From Octopus vulgaris (Eukaryota): a DNA stretch of 64,000 nucleotides. Where the stretch lies: positions 1,860,001-1,924,000 of the forward strand of contig OX597822.1 of assembly GCA_951406725.2 (NCBI GenBank). Direction: 5' to 3'. The notes beneath the pieces are model-generated. The model was not told the DNA's origin, ran no database searches, and saw only the letters and a program-made list of their open reading frames with translations. The translations under genes were made by a program, and so were the position numbers. Within the stretch, counting starts at the first letter, position 1. The number at the start of each line of letters is the position of its first letter. Shown one piece after another: positions 56,402 through 64,000 of this stretch.

Positions 56402-59059
56402 GCGCGCGCACACACGTCCTCCCTTTTATAGATATGATAAATAATAGAACCTCTACATATTCTTTTTTTTTTCGATTTTATTCTTATTTTCTACGGACAT
56501 GAACCTTTTCCCAAATCTTAGCTTCCTCTTCGTGTCAATCCTGTAGTTAAAGTTGTAATTGTGTAAATCTTATTTATAATATCCCCATGATGCCCATAAT
56601 TATATACTACATTGTGCAAGTGTACAGGTATGGCTGTCATTGTGTAGTAATGAGCATACTAATTCTTAAAAGTTTGAATTCTTCAAGCAATGCTCACATT
56701 TTTATAGAGATGTAATAGCAGTATGAGCAACATTTTGGTACCTAGTATTCTCAGCGTTCGCTACGGACAACCTTGATTCTTTGTTCCTCATCTGACCGCT
56801 ATATTTTCCTACATCAAGAAATGTCATGAAATGAATCTAATGAACATCTAAACATTTCATTTAATTCCAATAAGGAAAACTACTTGGAAATCGGTTGATC
56901 TGTTAAGAAAATATTTTTTTTTTACTTCTAGCAAAGCAACGTCTGCTTATTCACATCTATGACCCATTACTACACAATTATTCCATTTTATGGTCCACTT
57001 CTACCTGCATCATGTGATTGATCTGCTCACTCTACACCGCAGAGATCCCGTTTTCGGCTGTTGTTGAGAACAACATTTATTCCTTCCTCTTCACCCTGCC
57101 ACGCCTGGTGGTTTTAACCGACGAATTGCCTTTCTTTAACCACAACACAACTGCAAAACGCTGTTATTTACCCTCCTCCTTTCATACACTTGCACACGCT
57201 CTCTTCTACTCATCCATACAAAACTACGACTACGTTATTTAGAACACACTACACATACAATATCGCGTCTCACACATTCGCATACACCCAGTCTCACACA
57301 CTTTATTCTGTATTCGTGCCATTGCAATCCATACCCATGCACACACGCACACACACACACAAACACACACACACAGAGAAAAACACAGGCACAGATTTAT
57401 AAACATAATTTGCACGCACTTCATGTTATTACCTAACCATCTCACATGTATGCGAGGCCTATTTCCTTTACCACATGTGCACACTCCTTTCCGATAAAAG
57501 ACAATTTCTGTTTTTGTTTTACACCACTCATTTCATACTTGCTGTTCCATCCTGTTGTATTTCTAAACCAACGTTGTTTATTTTTTGTTTGTCTTTTTAT
57601 TTTCCAAAGATTTTTTGTTCCATTCTCCTTCGTTCTACCTCGACAATGGATAACTGTTTGAAACATCGATTTATTTTCCTTTCTTTTAACCCAAAGCTTT
57701 ATTACATTCGCATTGTACTCTTAAGTTTTTTTACCCTGTTCTTGCTGAGTTGCTAACTTAATTTACTTGCATCTTGGATATTAAATCATACAGGCTTTCG
57801 CTACGATATCGCCTAGAATGAATATACATGAAAATATAAAACATTCTGTGTCAAAATAATCTTCATTAAAATATATTATTGTTTATAACATTGGTAAAAA
57901 TGCAGAGTGAGTTGCATTAACCAAAATGTATTTGTTAAATATATTCCTTTAAATTCCGTGTTCAAATCCATACGCAGTTGACTTTGCACTTTTTCTTCCT
58001 TTCAGTATCAATAAATAGCCTACTGTTCAATTACTAGAGTCGATACACTTAATGCGTGACCTTGTGCTCATGTAACATGCTCACGAACATATTTGTTGCT
58101 TCAAAAGAAAAATGTAGCGTATAGAACCGAACCAAATGCCGTGCAGCTTTCTTTTCAGCAACTGCATAAAGTTTAAGTGCTTCTCAATTTTTAAGATAAT
58201 ATTATCGGAAACCATATTCTTTTTCATTAACAAATTTTGGCATTTAAACATAAACGGTTGTACAGTTTAGCACCACCATCTGGCCTATGGAGGTTTTCTG
58301 CGGAGTACATAGTGTTGCAAGAATTCAGTTAGGTTGTTGATAGCACAAAACAGTTTCCTTTCTCGTCAACAGTCTGAGGGGCCATACAAAGGGGCTAGAG
58401 ACGCTATCCTTAATTTCTTTTACTAAATTATTACAACACCATAAAGCTGTAGATCATAGATACTGTACGTTTCAAATTTTGAAGTAAGTGATTTTGTAGT
58501 TACTAGTGACACTTTCCCAGCAATAATACAAGTTGATTAGTTTGGCGCTCCGTTGTGATGTGGGAAGATACAATAAAAAGAGAAATGTTTAAATTTTTTT
58601 AATTGCCATTATATAAGATGTGAGGAGAAGGGGAGGTTCAGCTTGCTGACAGAGGTTCATATTCATTCTAAAATCTCAATAATAATCAGCTTGTTCATTC
58701 ACTCGTAATACTTTAGTTAATTAACGAGGTGGTGGAGGAGTGAGTGAGAGGGGAGTAAGAGTGACAGAGAGGAGAAAGGAGTGAAGAAAGAAAAAGAGGA
58801 AAAGTAATGAAAGGTGATTAACTTTAATACACATAGTCCAAGCGCATCATGGGGTCAGCTGAAGGCAGAAGCGAAGAACGAGAGAAGACGACAGAGTAAA
58901 AGAGGGTTTAAGAAGTGTTAAAGACGTGCCGTGGGGTGGGAAAAATACTTATTACATGGTTAAAAAGTTAGCAGGAGGCAAAGGTGAAGAGAAAGAGATA
59001 TGTTTAGGATACAATGTTTAGCAGAGAGTGATGTTCTGGTGGTGACGTTAAAGAAAAGT

Positions 59060-59062
<3 letters not shown>

Positions 59063-59118
<56 letters not shown>
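59063..59118. repeat. (GA)n microsatellite
   Basis: Directly visible. Confidence 0.95.
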
Positions 59119-59120
<2 letters not shown>

Positions 59121-60608
59121 CATAGGAGGTAGTTATAGCAACTATCACTTAACACATGCGCATTCGTGCAATTATTTATCATCTGCTCGCTTAAAAATTA
59201 TATTCGTTTAGTAAGATTAATTTAGCGTAAACTATGGATGCAGAAGAAACACGGTTGCAAGCTGCCCGAGGAAGGCTGCATATGTATAGATCATAGATCA
59301 AAGAGGGGTAGTGAGAAGATATAATAAAAAAGAGAAAAAAGACAACAACCGACGAAAAAGAAAAAAAATATAGATAACACCAACGAAGACGTGAGAAAAT
59401 TAATGTAGACGAATGTCGAGTAAATTTCAAGAAATGAATGATTTAAAAATGCAAATAATCCTTTCTTTCTTCAATAGGTCCTCTTAATTCTTTTCATTCT
59501 GTGGAATTTACACGGGTCGTACTCATAAATATATTAATATGCAAATATATCGCCGCCGTACCGTTTAGAATCGCATAATATTTCTGATAATTTCCTTTCA
59601 TCTATTTCCTGAACCGCCAATATTTTCGTCGCCCATCTGCGAGCAGATCACTGATACAGTTCCGATATTGCAGCTAAATATTTGCTATTAGCATATTTTA
59701 TATTCCTCGAAAGTTTCTTCTTTATATTTCCCCTTTTCTTGAAATTTTTGGTTATATATGTCTGCTACACACTTTTTATTAGAGCTTTGAAAAGAGTCGT
59801 CATTTGTCACTTTACATTCCAATTTTCCTATTTTGCTATGAACTTCTTTGGCTTATTCTATTTCTCCATATTTTCTTCCTTAATTTGTCTTGGGGTTAGC
59901 TTTAATGGGTGTGGGCCTCATTTGCTACGTATTGTGTTTCAAAAATCCCAGTATAGTACAAATCTACTCAGATACAAGTACTAAAAAAGTCAAATAAATG
60001 GTGAGAATTATAAGTATAGGCTAAATTATTTTACTGGTTCTAGCTAGTTGAGTGTGCTATACAATGTAGTAAAATTACAATGTTTCACAATCAGTGTAAG
60101 ATTTCTAGTGAAGCATCATAATTAGCTTGGCACAGTACAACTGATCTATGAGAGAAGTCGGTTATATTAAAATGTTCTCATATGAATGCAGAGGTATTAT
60201 TCTATAATTTAGAAATAGGAAATTGATATGTGATAGGTATCACGTTGAATGAAATGTGAGGTTGGAAATCTACAGTTATTGTTAATATTGCTTTAACTGT
60301 TCTGGTTTAGGATCAGCCCTGATTTTCTGATCAGGACTGATGAATGTTGTTCTAGTTTGTTTGAAACATTCTGGGTTTTATTTCATGTTTCTAATTCTAG
60401 GAATTCATTGTATATATGTTCTTGTAATAATATGGAATAGAACGTATCTCTAAATCTGTTAATTTTTTAGCCAACAACTCATGCTACGACAAATGTAAGT
60501 ATTGCATGTATTCACACAATGCGTTTACGGGCAGATATAAAGCGGGGAATGGTGTACACGTTGCACGCTTTAGCTGTTTATCAAGTTTCCTCATTTTTTG
60601 TGTCCTAT

Positions 60609-60772
60609 AGGCGTAGGAGTGGCTGTGTGGTAAGTAGCTTGCTTACAAACCACATGGTTCTGGGTTCAGTCCCACTGCGTGGCATCTTGGATGATTGCTT
60701 TCTACAATAGCCTCGGGCCGACCGAAGCCTTGTGAGTGGATTCGGTAGACGGAAAACTGAAAGAAGCCCGTC

Positions 60773-60819
<47 letters not shown>

Positions 60820-61073
60820 TGTATTATATATACATATATATATGTATGTGTGTGTATATGTTGTGTATCTGTGTTTGTCCCCCCAACATCGCTTGACAAC
60901 CGATGCTGGTGTGTTTACGTCCCCGTCACTTAGCGGTTCAGCAAAAGAGACTGATAGAATAAGTACCAGGCTTACAAAGAATAAGTCCTGGGGTCGATTT
61001 GCTCGACTAAAGGCGGTGCTCCAGCATGGCCACAGTCAAATGACTGAAACAAATAAAAGAGTAAAAGAGTAAA
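60609..61073 (+). mobile_element. SINE family A, near consensus
   Basis: Complete head, internal (TA)n and tail aaaagagtaaaagagtaaag. Confidence 0.92.
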
Positions 61074-62199
61074 GCATGCTGTCAATGTAGAAGAATATTT
61101 TATTATCATCTAACAGCGTTGGCTAAAAATCAAACCACGCGTTCTATACCATACTATACCAGCAACGAAACGAAATACTGTTAATACATCAATAAGATAA
61201 TATAGTCTTGATATTATAAAGGCGATAGGATGTGGCTGTAGTTTTACCATTTTAGTGAGTACTTAAGTTCGTTTTTATTAATGATATTATTACCGCTGCT
61301 GTTAACATTGGTTTTTAACGCCACGGTAACTCCGATTGAGAAGACATTCCAGTATCAGAAGTCATCGCTGTTTGTAGGAACAAACAGCGTAACCATTTTC
61401 AAATTTTGACTAAAATATATTTGGTATTTCTAGCAAAAGGTAGTAGTGTGATTGAACATTTTCACTCGCAAAAAATATATAATCACGAAGTAATGTAAAC
61501 CAGACATAGACGTACTCCCGCTCGCGAGACTTTCTCACAGGCATGCTCAAAGAAAAATTTCCTTGAATATTTTTAGCAGTGCAGTCCACTTAATAATGGC
61601 CATGGCTCATGCGGCCCACTTCGAGACAAGGTCGCTCACTTACATTGTAATTCAATTACATCTCTTGGTACTTGTCAAGTGAAATTGTACCACCGTTAAA
61701 TTTCATTCATACATGCCACTGAATCGTATTGAACTCTTCACAACTAGAGCGCATTCGAGTTTATTTCTATATTTCATATATATAATTCAGTTTCGTTCAT
61801 ATTTACCCTTTCCCTTATTGAACAGCCTATCAATTGCTTTGTCTTTTAAAACATTAAAGCGAGGGCGCGCGGGTTTGTAGGTTGTTGAACAAGAAATTGC
61901 GGATCCGTTTTCCTCGGACACGAAAGACTACCATTAAATCCTTACATTAAATGATAAAATTTTAATAGCGCGAAGCTCAGACATTGAAAAAGAATTATGA
62001 TGAACATAAAATATTTCAATTATGATACTTACAGGCAAAAATGTTTGAGATTTTTCTATAGCAGACGTGGGCGTAACTGTGTTGTAAGAGGTTTGCTTTC
62101 TAATCACATGGTTCCGGGTTCATACCAACTGCATGGCATTTGGGAAGGTGTCTTCTATTATGTAAATAGCCTTGGGTCAACCAAAGCCTCATGAGTAGA

Positions 62200-62291
<92 letters not shown>

Positions 62292-62669
62292 TGCACCCAC
62301 ACACCTACACATGCGCATATGCACACGTCAAGGTCACCAGCCCCTATCAACACGCATATTCACACACGCGCACCTTCGTTTTGGGATCACCACATCTTTT
62401 TATCTCCCTTTCTCCCTAGTTCTCCTGACTGACCACCTCTGTACGGCATTCACTATGATTGATCGCTAACCACTAAACCTTAATTTTTATTTTCTCTCTC
62501 TGCTTATTTCTGTGTTCCCGTTCTGTTGAAGAACATAGGCTCGAAACGCAAAAAACTTTCTCACTTCCCGAGCGCTAAACTAAAACTAATATATCTGTTT
62601 GTTGTTTACACACCTGCCTTCGTATTTTGTTTTGTTATTTTGTAAATTCCAACTATATATATATATATA

Positions 62670-63110
62670 GTCCGTTGTCCGTCTTTCTTTTCTTCACTTT
62701 TCCTCACGTGACCAGCTTTATTTTCTTTCAGGGCTGTCCTAGAGGCTGGACGTATCCCATCTCAATTCTGTCTTTTCTCTTGTCAAAAAGAAAAACAAAA
62801 ATATTGCTCCAGCGTTCGCTATTTTAACCTAGTTCTGGTCTAACGACCCTCCATGTTCGTTTACGTTCAATTTCCTTGTATATCTCCACTGTGCTCATTG
62901 TGTTCCAAACTTTCGTCCTCCATAAATCACAAATTTTATTTTGGTATTTGTAGGAGTAACTAACTACCTTCAAAGATTCATATTGATATTTGATTCTCGA
63001 AACAAGGAGTATCGAGGCAGCCAACAACTGATAAAGTGTCATTCTTTAGCTTACTTGTCCCCTTTTCAATTTCTTTCTCTCGTTGTTTACTATTTGTGTC
63101 GTCCTGTATC
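62670..63110 (-). mobile_element. Possible ancient RTE-type LINE fragment
   Basis: Minus-strand traces ERW/EQYF and ALKENKAG in the expected order; heavily decayed. Confidence 0.3.
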
Positions 63111-63116
63111 CATATT

Positions 63117-63207
<91 letters not shown>

Positions 63208-63209
<2 letters not shown>

Positions 63210-63321
63210 GACGGGCTCATTTCAGTTTCTGTCTACCAAATCCACTCACAAGAATTTGGTCGGCCCGAAGCTATTGTAGAAGTCAGTTGCCCAAGCCGCC
63301 ACGCAGTGGGACTGAACCCGG
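63208..63321 (-). mobile_element. SINE family A 5' half
   Basis: acgacgggctcatttcagtttc..gcagtgggactgaacccgg. Confidence 0.85.
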
Positions 63322-63356
63322 CCACATTGAACGCTACGCATCTATTTCCAAGAAAG

Positions 63357-63391
<35 letters not shown>

Positions 63392-63394
<3 letters not shown>

Positions 63395-63762
63395 CGCAGG
63401 AGTGGCTGTGTGGTAAGTAGCTAGTTTACCAACCACATGGTTCCGGGTTCAGTCCCACTGCGTGGCACCTTGGGCAAGTGTCTTCTACTATAGCCTCGGG
63501 CCGATCAAAGTCTTGTGAATGGATTTGGTAGACGGAAACTGAAAGAAACACGTCGTATATATGTATATATATGTGTGTTTGTGTGTCTGTGCTTGTCCCC
63601 CTAGCATTGCTTGACAACCGATGCTGGTGTGTTTATGTCCCCGTCTCTTAGTAAGTACTGGGCTTACAAAGAATAAGTCCCTGGGTCGAGTTGCTCGATT
63701 AAAGGCGGTGCTCCAGCATGGCCGCAGTCAAATGACTGAAACAAGTAAAAGAGTAAAAGAGT
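63392..63762 (+). mobile_element. SINE family A, full length
   Basis: aggcgcaggagtggctgtgtggtaagtag..gactgaaacaagtaaaagagtaaaagag. Confidence 0.92.
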
Positions 63763-63841
63763 ATATATATATATATATATACACACATACACACTCTCCT
63801 TTTTTTCTCTTTTTGTTTCTCTCCTTGTTTTTTCTGTGTAC

Positions 63842-63877
63842 CTTTCTGTAAAAGAGCGTAGGCTCGAAACGTAAAAG
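63842..63877 (+). ncRNA. Variant minimal hammerhead (P2 copy, CUGUAAA)
   Basis: cttt CTGTAAA a gagc-gtag-gctc GAAAC GTA aaag. Confidence 0.45.
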
Positions 63878-64000
63878 AGTTTTTTTCTATTTCTGAGCGT
63901 TATACTAATACATCTGTTTGTTTTGTACACCACCTACCTGTCTTCATCTTTTGTTTTTTTCGCAAACTCTCCCTTTATACATACATATATATATATATAT

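Noticed and set aside
60337-60372. CTGATGA...GAAAC spacing
   Set aside because: The pairing gaatgtt/aacattc overlaps the core boxes, and stems I and II are absent.

Overview
AT-rich, microsatellite-dense animal genomic DNA, most likely from an Octopus species (inferred from the SINE families and the (TA)n/(CA)n/(CATA)n load; not verified by search). I see no recognisable host protein-coding exon, so the window is probably intergenic or inside a long intron; nearly all listed ORFs are microsatellite artefacts. Recognisable content: a full-length but inactivated mariner (19224-20493, 37-bp TIRs, TA TSD), three further Tc1/mariner relics, a fragmented Tigger/pogo relic, RTE and Tx1/L1-type LINE fragments, two MITE-like elements and dozens of SINE copies in three families. 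The most interesting signal is a set of about ten minimal hammerhead-ribozyme (HHR) motifs in short, (TA)n-associated, often inverted repeats that look like Penelope-like element (PLE) pseudo-LTRs. They fall into several families, one with a recurrent non-canonical CUGUNGA core. A 5'-truncated PLE 3' end with a 34-bp inversion sits at the junction with an RTE LINE. All calls come from manual reading; no database searches or folding computations were run.
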